Positions 1 to 11,113 of a DNA stretch of 64,000 bases are shown piece after piece (position 1 is the stretch's first letter; each line of letters begins with the position of its first letter). This DNA comes from Dudresnaya verticillata. Its lineage: Eukaryota. The translations under genes were made by a program, and so were the position numbers. The notes under the pieces are model-generated. The model was not told where the DNA came from, ran no database searches, and saw only the letters and a program-made list of their open reading frames with translations. The stretch spans positions 1,736,001 to 1,800,000 of the forward strand of contig OZ374565.1 of the NCBI GenBank assembly GCA_977862235.1. The letters run 5' to 3'.

Positions 1-154
1 TATCGCCGGCAGCGAGCGTGAGGGATTTCCCGATCGTCCTTCCGAAGGAAATGCTAGAGCCGACACCGAGCCGCGACCTCTGGAGGTTTGGGAAGTCGAA
101 CCCGAGGACCAATTAGTCGAGTTTGAATTCGAGGATGAGCAGCTGATAGCCACG

Positions 155-2005
155 GTGGCCAAAAAGGAAGCGGACGAGAAGAGTCTATCTCTGATTACGG
201 TGGAAGAACTACTTCGCACGCAATTGACAGATCCATTCTGCAAGGGTATTAAGCTGGCCATCGAGACTGGAAAGCCAGGCTGTTACCTCGAAGACGAAAG
301 GGGACTTTTAGTCCGACGGTCTTATATCGACAAAACTTTGCAGGTAGTGATACCTCGGGTCCTTCAAGAACGGGTTCTGCATCTGGCGCACTATCCCGAG
401 ATGGCAGGCCATCCCGGTGGCACCAGAATGTATCATAACTTGCGCCGACAGGTCTATTGGCCTGGTATGGCTCTCGCAGTATAGGCGACCGTTCGAAATT
501 GTGTCAAATGCGCTCGGGAACGAGTCCAATTACGGCAACATGCTTCGCATATGAAGCTGTTCCCGGCTATGATGCCGTTAGAATTCGTGGGGATTGACAT
601 CCTAGGGCCGCTACCCCGATCGAGCAAGGGTAACGAGTACATTCTCGTAATAACCGATCGCTTCTCAAAGCTCACCAGGGCTGTCCCATTGAAAACGGTA
701 ACGGCTTACACCGTGACAAGAGCGCTCTGCGAACATTGGGTATACACTTGCGGGCCTCCCCGCTATGTTTTGTCGGACAACGGTCCGCAGTTCGCATCGA
801 AGTTTTTCATAGCCGTCTGTGGCATACTTCGGATCAGGAATCTGTTCACGTCTACTTACCATCCACAGACGAATGGACAAACCGAGAGGTTTAATAGAAC
901 CTTGTTGGCTGGGCTGAGACACTTCATCTCTGATGACCAGAAGGATTGGGATGAATTCACGTCGGCTTTGACGTACGCGTATAACACGACCGTTCACCGC
1001 GGGACCGGTCTTGCGCCCGTCGATTTGGTTTTATCCAACCCTCCCACGTCCATTCTAATGGAAAGAGCCGAGGCAGTAGACGTTGAAAACGTTCCAGCAA
1101 CTATCGTGAAGAAACGGCTGACTACCCGGCTCGAGAAGCTGATGGATACAGCGTTGCCACGCCTGCGGATGGCCCAGCGACGATATGAAGTTAACTTCAA
1201 CAATCGTATGTGGTTGACTAACCAAAACGTACGCCCAGGCCAATGGGTATTCCTCGAAAGATACACGAAGGTGAAAGAAGCCAAAGGCGTGGCTCGAGAA
1301 GGGAAATTGTCCAAAAGCGTTAGGTCCCTTTAAGGTGCTCGAACGAGGAACACACAGAGTCGTGCTGCAAAAAGCTGGCGAAAAAGAGTTAGTCTCTCTG
1401 GATCGTGTAACACTGGCCCCATCACCAAACGATGAGTTCGGCTCTATTGGACAAGTGCCCCTATCGTGGAATCTGGGCGCGACGACGCGCAACCAGCAGA
1501 CCCACCCTCGAGGGCAACGCCCCCGAATACCAGTGGTGTCGAAAGGGCACCGGCTCAATCCGGCAGCGAGCTGTTGGAAACGGTCGTCGAGGCCGCATAT
1601 GCGCCGACTGTCTCGCCCCCACGGCGAGAAACCGATAATATCGATAACGACGCTGGCCCGGTTTCCATAACCACACCCGCTCGTGAGGTCCTCATACCGC
1701 CTGAATTAGGCGATCGCACGGCAATGGTATCCAGGGATAATAGTTCTCCTCGGCTTGTTGCCGGACCAACTGCTACAGAAGCCGAAGAGACGGCTCCCCG
1801 CCATAAGTTCTCACGCTTCAAGAAAGCTCCCCCTCGGGAGTATGTTTATGACAAGTTAGTCGGATACGACGCAGAGTCGGAAACGTACAAAGTACGTTGG
1901 TACCAGTGCCCTGCCTCGCAGGATACGTGGGAACCACGACGGGATCTCCCGGAGAACTTAGTTAAGCGGTATCACCGTAAGAAGGGAATCCCCCTTCCCG
2001 CCTAA
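155..2005 (+). pseudogene. Gypsy integrase (HHCC, DDE core, GPF module) plus C-terminal chromodomain, disrupted
   Basis: LAHYPEMAGHPG...CVKC; GIDILGPLP, TDRFSK, SDNGPQF, YHPQTNGQTERFN; chromodomain EYVYDKLVGY...YKVRWY...DTWEP. Stop at 482-484, frameshifts near 1320 and 1465. Confidence 0.93.
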
Positions 2006-2150
2006 CTACTGGGATACCAGTCTGTATATCAGCCTGTGGCCAGATGGAAACCCTGTCTCATAATGCCAAGGGCGTATGTTCTCCCCCTCCCTCTGGATAA
2101 GAGAGGCGAGTGGTAGTGTAACACAAGACCGATGTCTTAGAGAAAGTTGC

Positions 2151-2276
2151 GCAAATGCGATGTATAATATGGAAGGTTCAAGACCTTGGATAGAGCAAAT
2201 GCGATGTATAATATGGAAGGTTCAAGACCTTGGATAGATGAACTGGATAGAGGATATGGAAGGTTCAAGACCTTGG
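2151..2276. repeat. 44-bp tandem repeat (2 copies plus a partial third) in the 3' region of element A
   Basis: gcaaatgcgatgtataatatggaaggttcaagaccttggataga at 2151 and 2195; partial copy at 2254-2276. Confidence 0.9.
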
Positions 2277-2978
2277 CTAACGTGTAGGAAATGGTGGGAA
2301 CCATAGGGCACGAGCTCTGGGACGTTGCTACGTGACATGTCACAAACGCGGAAGAAGCCACCTCAGGCATAGAGCCTCTCAGACAACCTCCTGGCTCATA
2401 AGCCATGATTCCTTCTATCACCCAAGACGCCAACGTCTTTTTGGAGGTCCCATGACCTATGAGTCACCCGGCGCCGCTCGCCCCCGCGCTAAAAATGGAA
2501 GGAAGAAGGGAGCACTACTACCCCTCTCCCTAGAAAGAGGGGTCTCACCCTGAATAGGCTCCGACTGACTATCACGGCAGGCGTTGGCGCCAAATAGAGT
2601 TCAACTCTACAGTGTGAACCCCCTACTGTAGAGTGGCTCCTTCTGAGATGGCAGCCCCTCATTGGCCATTCCCCAAGGAAGAGGCGGATTGCACGACGAA
2701 TCAAAATTCGTGGAAGAAATATCCGCGGCACGGAGCCCCTACAGTGGCACCAGGCTACAGTGGCTCCTCCAAGGAGTACGAACACGCACTTGCGTTATGG
2801 TGCCGAGCGTACAGAACGCTCAGTGGGCTAAGCTAATAACAGGTCGGCTCCAAGCCGAAGGTGATTCAACAAGAAGAATTACTTTACGTTAGCGGATAAG
2901 CCGCTCTTGCCCAAGTAAGGCGGATTACGGGACGGGCGCCTAAGGCGCATAAGGGAGTAAGGTGATTGAGCAAACCAC

Positions 2979-5237
2979 CTAATCAGACAACAAGTCGATG
3001 ACCTCGTCCTCCTCAAGCGGAGGGTCAGGCTGCGGAACCGAGGGGGATACCACTACGCGACGGACCTCGCGCACTATGTGGCGCCCTCGACCAAGTCGAC
3101 GACTACCACGTTCGCGACGCGATGACATGTTGTTATCACCACGGCTTCCAGCCGTCGGACGCTCGATTTCCATCGCGTTGACGCCATGCGTAGTGGCGGA
3201 GACGTCGGGCTCCACTTCATCCTCCTCTTTGACGACTAGCTCTGTCTTCACGACAACGTCGTCCCGACCAACTGGAGGCTTCTATGCCTGGGTCCCCTCT
3301 TGAGGAGGAGCGGTTGTGGGCTTTGAGCCTTCGTTGCCAGGGGCGACCGCTTTCGATCCCGAAGCCGACTCTGGGGCGCTGTGCTTCACCATGGCTTGAG
3401 AGCCAGTCCGTGGGCAGTCTTCGCCCAAGAGCTTCCCCGAGGGGGCAAAGCCGGCTAATGCCGTGGTAGGTGCTTGAGGCGTCACCAACGAGGCGACCGC
3501 CTCCTGATGAAGACCGCTCTCGACTGGTTTTGAAGCCGAAGCCCCGCCCTTCACCACCGTCGCTGACGATTCCTACCGTGGCACCACTGCCATGTCCTCG
3601 CTCGTTTGAGCACGAGGATCAATTCCTGCGACGCTGGTCGACTCCATCTTGACCGATGACTTCCCAATATGGCCTATGCCACGACGCGGAGCAGGATCGG
3701 CCTTCAGGGCGCGTTTGCCAAGTGGCGGAAGAGACTCGAAGTGAGCACGGAGACGCTCCATTTGGTCAACAGGACCTGGGGTCCTCATCCACTCACTCTC
3801 GTAGTTTACCATAACTTCTTCCACCCAATCCGCGAGGCTGTGGATGTTCAGGTGACGAAAGTCCCAATGAGCAAAGAGGCGAATTGCCAGACCACGCCTG
3901 TTGAATACATCTCGGATGAGCTGATCCGTCTTCGAATACGCGGATGCAGTGGGTGCATGAGGCCCCTGGGCCTGACCATCGACGGTAATGTCAAAAAGCG
4001 GAACATCTTCCGGCGTCTGCGGCCCTGGCTCACGCCACTTGACACTAATCCAACCAGTGGTGACACCGGTCATACGAATGCCTTCGTCAAGAGTGAGAGG
4101 ACTCTCCTCAGATGGTTCAGGCTGGACCATATACTCGGGCAACACAGGATGCCACTTGACTGGATCAAAGTCGACCCAGTCCCCGCGGTTGAAAACCGGT
4201 GTGAGATGTCCTGTATTGTCGGGAAGCTGACGGTTGCGCTTGGAGACCTGACTCCACCGAATCCGCTCCACGAAGCACAAGAGGGCTTCCAAGTCCTTGG
4301 CATCGGATTCGTTCGCACACAGTCCCGCAGGGCCCAGAGCCCTAATGGAAACACGAAGAGGCTGGCCTATGAAGAATAACAAACCTCGACGAGCCTCATA
4401 GACAAGTGTCTGCGCAACGAGCACGACCCACTCGTGTCGGAAGATGCTCCATAGCACACTATCGTCCGTGGCTTTGGCCATCATTTCCAAACCGAGGTAG
4501 GCAATGATGGTTGGCACTCCCACCGGCATGGAATATGAGACTTCATAATTCTTGTGGTCATCCGGGACCAGTGGGTACTTCACATTATAGAACTCTGGCT
4601 TCAAAGCCGATACCTCTTGGCAATGGCAGGGAACCAAGCAGCCCGTCTTGTGACGTTGACGCCGCTCGAAGCGAGCGTGCTCTAACGGCTTCGCCGTCTG
4701 GGGGTTATCCAGGGCATGCTTCAGATTTGAAGATTCATCCCACCACACGACGCGGGCGAGAGTATAGGGAAAGTTATCCCTGCCGGCGCGAATAAGTGGC
4801 CGTTCGGGCATCACCATGCGCAGGTCCCAACCACCGCCGTGATGGATCTCTTCCAATATGACCGCTTCAGACATTAGCTTCTGAGCTATGTTGTTGCTCC
4901 AGGGCACTTCGTGCCGAAACCTCACGTAGGCAAGGTCCCACTGAAGGGTATTGGCGTCACCATCCAACACGGGGAGGAGCCGGTTCGTACCCGTGAGGAT
5001 ACTCACCCTAGCCCGCATGAGGGTATTCCAAACACGGCTTTGAGCCGCCCGGCTCCCACGACGGCGAATCTCCTCGCGACTGGCCCCTGCGCACACCTTA
5101 AGGTGCGCAAGGTCGGTACGCAGGAGCCAGTCGCGGCTCTGCGAAATAAACAACGGCACCCCAGCCGCATCCACTTCGTGGCCCAACACCTGGGCACTTG
5201 AACCCACGACTCCATACGCCAAACGCGGCGGCGACAT
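2979..5237 (-). pseudogene. Antisense additional ORF of element A (~750 codons, two in-frame TAG), unknown function
   Basis: ORFs 3573-5237, 3282-3557 and 2979-3251 share one frame and are separated only by TAG at 3573 and 3282. Globular N-terminal part, low-complexity tail ending EEDEVIDLLSD. Confidence 0.8.
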
Positions 5238-5328
5238 CTAGAAGATGGCGAGACAAAGAGGCCAAGAGCTCCGTCTACGGCGTAGCCGTCCCTGCTCCCA
5301 AACAGTTCTTCTAAGGCACGGAGGCCTT

Positions 5329-5550
5329 CTGACCGTCGGCTCCAAAATCACTCCAACGAGTGATGAGCGCGAACTGAATTTCCCTACGGCTTGAAAGCCG
5401 CTCTCCTGCTACTGACCGTCGGCTCCAAAGCCGCTCCGCAGAGACAGCGAGCGCAACCTGAGTCTTCTACGGCTTCAAAGCCGGCTCGAATACTGACCGT
5501 CGGCTCCAAAGTCGATCCGAAGAAACGACGAGCGCGACCCGAGAGTTTCT
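5329..5550. repeat. Degenerate ~82-bp tandem repeat (3 copies) upstream of the antisense ORF
   Basis: ctgaccgtcggctccaaa at 5329, 5412 and 5493, each followed by a gagcgc... block. Confidence 0.85.
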
Positions 5551-6221
5551 GAAAACTTAGTGACGCACTTCACCAACCGCGTGGTGCGCGCTGGATGAAA
5601 CGACTCGGCTGCGCCAATGGCGAAAAACCACGCGATGTGGTCGGACGAAGCCCAAGAAGGGTGAGTTCGAAGAGGATACACGGCTGACGCCGTAGGGGCG
5701 GTCAAGACGCTGGCTCAGAGCCGCGGCCGGCGTCGCCAAGAAACGCACGGGCAGCAGCCCAGGAAGAATCGCGTTAGTGTGTCGGCAGCGCCGCGAAGCG
5801 GACTGTGTGGGCGTGAGCCTGCGCAGGACGCAACACGCCGGCGTGTCACGGGTTGCAGCTGAATGCGTGGTGCCGATGGTGACGTTGGCGCATGAGGAGT
5901 TGCAGACTGAAGTGGATGACACGGGTGAGCCGAGGTGTGGGAGGGTCCCAATCGGCAAAAAGCCGCAGTTGAAATAGGCGTTCGCCCAACGCGCGTTTCG
6001 CGCAAACGATATCGGTCGCGTCAGCGCGCGCGCGGCGACGGCGGCTCTCAAGCTCTGGCAAGTTCCGCGTCTGGTTGAGACGGGGTGGGTGGCGTTTCAG
6101 CACACGCTCTTGGCCGGGCCAATCAATGGACTGAAATTGAAATCTCAACGGTCAATATAATTGGAAACAGCGTTGCTGTCACACTGTACTGAGCGCGGTC
6201 GCTCAGTTTTATGAAGGGGGC

Positions 6222-6944
6222 TGTGTGGTCCAACGGGTGTTGACGCCCTGTAAGGAGCCACGTGGACACGAGTCGTCTGTAAGTAATGGCAGGCGCACAA
6301 CCGCCCGGGCGATATGGCTGGTGCTCCGATTGATTTCATGGCTGGAACGCTCCTGCGCTGTAAGGGAACACGTGTACAGAGTTAATCTGTAAGGCACACT
6401 GCTGATATGACATTGTGCCATTTGGGGATTAACTATGACCACACCATCGCGCCATGCATTGCTGGCGGATGTTTGCCCCGCGGCACCTGACAGTGGCGCC
6501 GCGCTCGCCTTGTGGCCTGGCCATTCATTCCTATCTAAGGACATATCATACCTGTGTTGTACAGTTTTAGCTAAGTATTAGCCATAGAGCTCTAACTGAG
6601 CGAGCAGCACCTTTTCGGCTCTCGCCGTATTTAAGGGGCCCCTGAGTAGCAGGGGCCCGGCACTAAACCGGCAGCGGTCTGTGCCTTGGGTTTTCCCCTT
6701 TTTGGACGCTTACGGTGCTACCGCTACAACTCCCCTTTGGGCGTCTACAAGCCCTGTCGTCTACGACGAAATGCTCTATTCAGCAGGGTTCGCCTTTCCC
6801 TTTTCCTTTGTCAGGGCTTTAAGCCATCTCAAGTCTCTACCACCCCCTTTCCCGAGCTACCAACCACACGAGTGGGATCGCTCTTTGAGGACAGCTGTCG
6901 TGCCGTGTCGCCGTCTCTGTTGGCTTCAAAGCCATTCTGCTACA
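6222..6944 (+). repeat. Probable 3' LTR of element A
   Basis: Follows the PPT, starts TGTGTGG, ends CTGCTACA, TATA-like tatttaa near 6628. No second copy in the window to confirm the boundaries. Confidence 0.55.
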
Positions 6945-9900
6945 ATTTCCCTGAGGTGCTTTCCCTTTAAGACTGATACGGTTAACAGTGAATATTGGCT
7001 TTTGAGTCAGGAGATCCATGATATAGTTGGCAAGGGGATACTTTCAGGGTATAATGTAGATTATGGCAAATATGAAGCAGGGTTAGAACATTTACAGGAG
7101 TCTTCATTTCACAATCAACATCGTCTCGGATACTGCAGCCTTATGATAAGTACTTTGTCCAAAAGGGCAATACTAGGTTCACTTGATATAAGAACTTGCC
7201 TTAAATTTGCAGGGTAGGAATCTTCACCGACGACTACGGGACCCACCAACGCACCGAGAGAATGAATATGGAATAGAATTAATCTTGCAATGACTCTGTG
7301 GCGTTCTGATATCTAAGGAAGGTAAGAGTTCCTCTACTCCGGAAAAATGTTCTGTTCAAGCCCATCGTCACGCATTGTAATTCGCTACTCTTTTGATTTC
7401 CATTCCGACAGCTGCCAGCAGTGAATTCGAACTTTACCAAGCGCTACGTTAAAGGCTCAATAAAGTATAACATCAGAACGTTTCTGGTAGAGCATCGTGT
7501 TAGGCTTAGAAAGTGTATGCGGTTGTGTGTTGTCCCCCAAATAATATGATAGCATCGGCATTCGCCATACGATGGGGAATATCGGAAGTGTATTGCTGTC
7601 GAACTAACATGTTGATGTCGACATGGCAGTGCTGCAAGTGCAGGGACAGAAGAGGGTTTCACTCACTAATAGTAAAAGGGTAAAAGGGTCCATCTCTCGT
7701 TCTGGCAGCACTATGGTATGTATCTTACTTATGTATCTTACTTCTTTGCACGTTGAATCCCGGGGATTGCTTCGCGCTCAAAGCCTGTATCGCTCCCGTG
7801 ATGTTTCTAGCGAATAGACGTCGTCGTTTTGATATGTTAAATGTAATACGCTCATGCTGAAGGGACACGCGATCAATGACAGGGCTTCTCACTCGACGCA
7901 TTTGCTCGTTTACTGATTCATTTGAATTCATTCAATTCGACTATTATATTGCGATGCTTTTGAGACACATTGCTGGCAGTGACCCTTCGCCTCTTGATTC
8001 GCACGTTCCAATGGCGCAGGGCAAACGGGGGCTGCAGTTTCGCGCAGCAGGTTCGTAATGCAGTTTTGAACAGTGGTGTGCCTTGCGATCGTCGATGTAA
8101 TGAGGGTATCTGAGCAACGCTGCTTCCCCTCTTGCGGGGTTCTGAGTTGGAAAGCTTGGCTCTGACAGAGCAATAGTCTCTTCTGATGTTGTTGCTCAGC
8201 TACACTCGATATATTTGAAAATCAGGCACTGAATATCCTAAACGTTATTCTGTTTTGCATGTTCGGAGTAGCTTCACGTCCCGAAATGGTTTCATGACAG
8301 AAGAGACTCCCTTTCAAAAGCCGTCGTTTCCAGGAACCATATCTACAGGACAGGAATGCCCTTGAGGACGAATCTCTTTATGAACCTGAGCCCCACAAGG
8401 GCTCTCTCATGTGCCATTGCACCACATTTCTACGGAAATAACAGTTTGGTCTGCCTTTCACCTATCGGAACCTTGTCAGAAGAACACGAGAGATGCCTCC
8501 GCCAGTCCTATTGACACATTTGTAGGTATCAATCCCAAGAGTAATTTCCCATTTTGAAGGGGATCAGACTACATGCATCGCGTGTCCTTACCCCGCTGTT
8601 CTTCTTGATAAAACATATTCCCCTTGTCGACACCCCTGCTCATGTTGAAGGCCTACCACTGATCTATTTCAGAAAACTGTATTATATGAACGGAACAGTG
8701 TCGAGACGCGTCTCTCGTTGGGAAGCATTGGAAGTAGCATTCAGACTGAACTACCAACTTTGCCATGTCCTGCCCCGGTTGGCTTAATGTCACAATCAGA
8801 TGAGGTGAAGTACAGATATGACATGCTGTCCACGGTTAACAGAAACATTCAGGCAGCAAGCGTAAATAGACACCACGTTGCTTACGGGTAGAGAGAAGGT
8901 GTGCCTATCGATCTTATCTAAACGCTATAAGGGAGAGCTGGTTTCCATTCAAAAAGCCTGCGAAACAATTCAGAGGGCGAGAAGCAATGCTATTTGCCAG
9001 CTGTCTGTTTCGACACAGCTTACATTCTACAGTAGCACTCAGATCTGGCGGTAGTGATGTTTTTGGTCCCATGTGATGTTTGACGGAAGTGTAGTTGTAG
9101 CGCTCTGAACAATCTTAAGTGAAAATCACTCTGTAATCATACTGCTGTTACCGTAGTAACCAAGAGAGTCGTAAATCACTGTTCCATCTCTGACAACGCG
9201 CAACGGAGGGGGCTCACTTTTATCTTCGTTCCGACTTGCCGCAGTGCTTCTTTCCAGACTGGTGATATTGATAACTGTAGTAATCATGGTTGGTTATTCC
9301 GGAACGACTGTGTTGCCTACAGCTAGCTCCTCAGACAATTCAGAAAGGATTTATTTTAGAGCAGATGTCCGGTTTAAGCTCATCGTCATCATCACAACTT
9401 TATTGAAGCAAGACGAACAGTGGGAAACCATAATGACTTAGCTGCTGATGACTATTGGAAAGTCTGGACAAACTGGACGTCTACGATTCACTGCGAGGGC
9501 GGTGAGCTGGAGAATGCGGGAAACCAGTGGTGAAACTAACGAATGGTATTCGGTCGTAGGATTTGTCCCCCGGCGCGAGGCCAGGAAAGAAGCGAGGGTT
9601 TGGATTGCAGTACTGTATTTGTAAGAATGCTGGAGGAAAGAAGGGATTAAGCTTGGAAATAGCTCTATTTATCAATACCGTCAGCACAGAGTGTTAGGAA
9701 TAGAGGGGTGTCGATGATTTCTACGACTCGGGCTGACGTTTTTAGATCGCAGAAGAAGAGCCTGTGCCTCATCCGAGGGCTGCAATTCAATTTGTACACG
9801 GACTAACGGGTTTCTGGCTGTTCTTCAGGGGATTGTTCACCCCCTTCTTTTGTAGAAAGTGAGAATCCACGTAGCAATTGCTTCGAAGGATACTCGGGAA

Positions 9901-10537
9901 ATTGGGGAGCTGCATTGACTGAAGCGTTGCCAGTGTAAAGTTTGACCTAGCTACAGCGTGTAGAGTGCTAGCAATTCAGAGTAAAGGAATATGAAAACTG
10001 CGTGCGGAGTCATGTAATGCACTCACAAATCACCTCCAATTTTGTGGGAGGTTATTTGGATCTTATCTCCTTGTGGAGCATCACACCGAGCTGGAATAGC
10101 TTGCTGAAATTGTTTTAGCATTAGACTCTAAAAGTCTTACCGCAAAAGAATCCCTAAAGGAAACGGTCTGCCACCATGCCATAGCCGCAGAATTCTATTC
10201 GGATTCCAAGAAGATCATGACAGCATGAACTAGAACAGATTCCATTTCGCGACGGGCAATTGAAGACACAAATCAAGGTCCAAGGCTAGAATACGTATTC
10301 TTTATGAACAGGGAGGGGTAGTGGGGGAACCTTTGTTAGATATCGTTCCATTTCGATGGCATCTAAAGCTGCAGTTTACGGGACGATAGTAAAGGCTTGG
10401 AGTTCCAACCAGAAACTTTAGTGATAGAATCTTAAACCAACGATGAATCCTCGGACTACTTGTATATTTAAACGCGGGATCGACCGCGTTCTCGAACAAA
10501 GAAGTCAAGAACTACCAAGACTTGTTCCTGAACAAAA

Positions 10538-11113
10538 ATGAATACAGCCAAAATCCTTCTTTTCTGCTTCATTGCCCTTCTTGGATCCCTGGCACATGGA
10601 TACGGGGACGAAAACCTTCTTGCAGATGTGAGCAAAACGGGTTTCCGTTGTCCATGTCAATGTTTCTTCGGTTTTAAGGCCAAGTTGGCTTATCTACAAT
10701 GTCACAGGAGGCCGTTTATCTACCGCTGCCGTGTTTCCAGTTGCAAGCGTGGACATTACATTGGAAAATGGTGCTGTACGCCTCCGAAGCCATCCACAAC
10801 GCCAAAGCCATCGGTATCTAGAAGCCCAAAGCCGTCGGCGTCTAGAAGCCCGAAACCATCGGCGTCTAGAAGCCCGAAACCATCTCCGTCTAGAAGCCCG
10901 AAACCATCGCCTTCTAGAAGCCCGAAACCATCTCGATCGTCTTCTCCGAAGCCGTCAAGGAGCTCTACCCCGGCTCCATCTAAGACTCCTCCGCCGAAGA
11001 GGTGCCCATGCCGGTGCACCACAAACTCTCATGCTATTTGGGAATGCAAGCATAGGCCGTGGTGCAAGGTTGTGTATTGCGGCTTCCATAAATTCAAGTG
11101 TTGCCATCCGTAG
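10538..11113 (+). CDS. Secreted protein with two 8-Cys modules joined by an extensin-like (SRSPKPSx)n linker
   Basis: Signal peptide MNTAKILLFCFIALLGSLAHG; two CPCxC...C...Cx4C...CC modules; 24-bp repeats at ~10785-10960; TATA-like tatatttaaa at ~10463. Confidence 0.88.
   Translation: MNTAKILLFCFIALLGSLAHGYGDENLLADVSKTGFRCPCQCFFGFKAKLAYLQCHRRPFIYRCRVSSCKRGHYIGKWCCTPPKPSTTPKPSVSRSPKPSASRSPKPSASRSPKPSPSRSPKPSPSRSPKPSRSSSPKPSRSSTPAPSKTPPPKRCPCRCTTNSHAIWECKHRPWCKVVYCGFHKFKCCHP

Larger units (their letters stand above)
1..6944 (+). mobile_element. Ty3/Gypsy chromodomain LTR retrotransposon 'A', 3' part (5' end outside window)
   Basis: Integrase and chromodomain at 155-2005, a long 3' region with an antisense ORF, PPT-like GAAGGGGG at 6213-6220, then a TGT...ACA segment. 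GC content drops after 6944. Confidence 0.85.

Noticed and set aside
5329..5510. CRISPR-like repeat-spacer pattern
   Set aside because: The spacers are homologous to each other, the context is a eukaryotic TE, and there are no cas genes.
6945..9300. Short ORFs in the AT-richer interval
   Set aside because: No codon bias or motifs; treated as intergenic or decayed.
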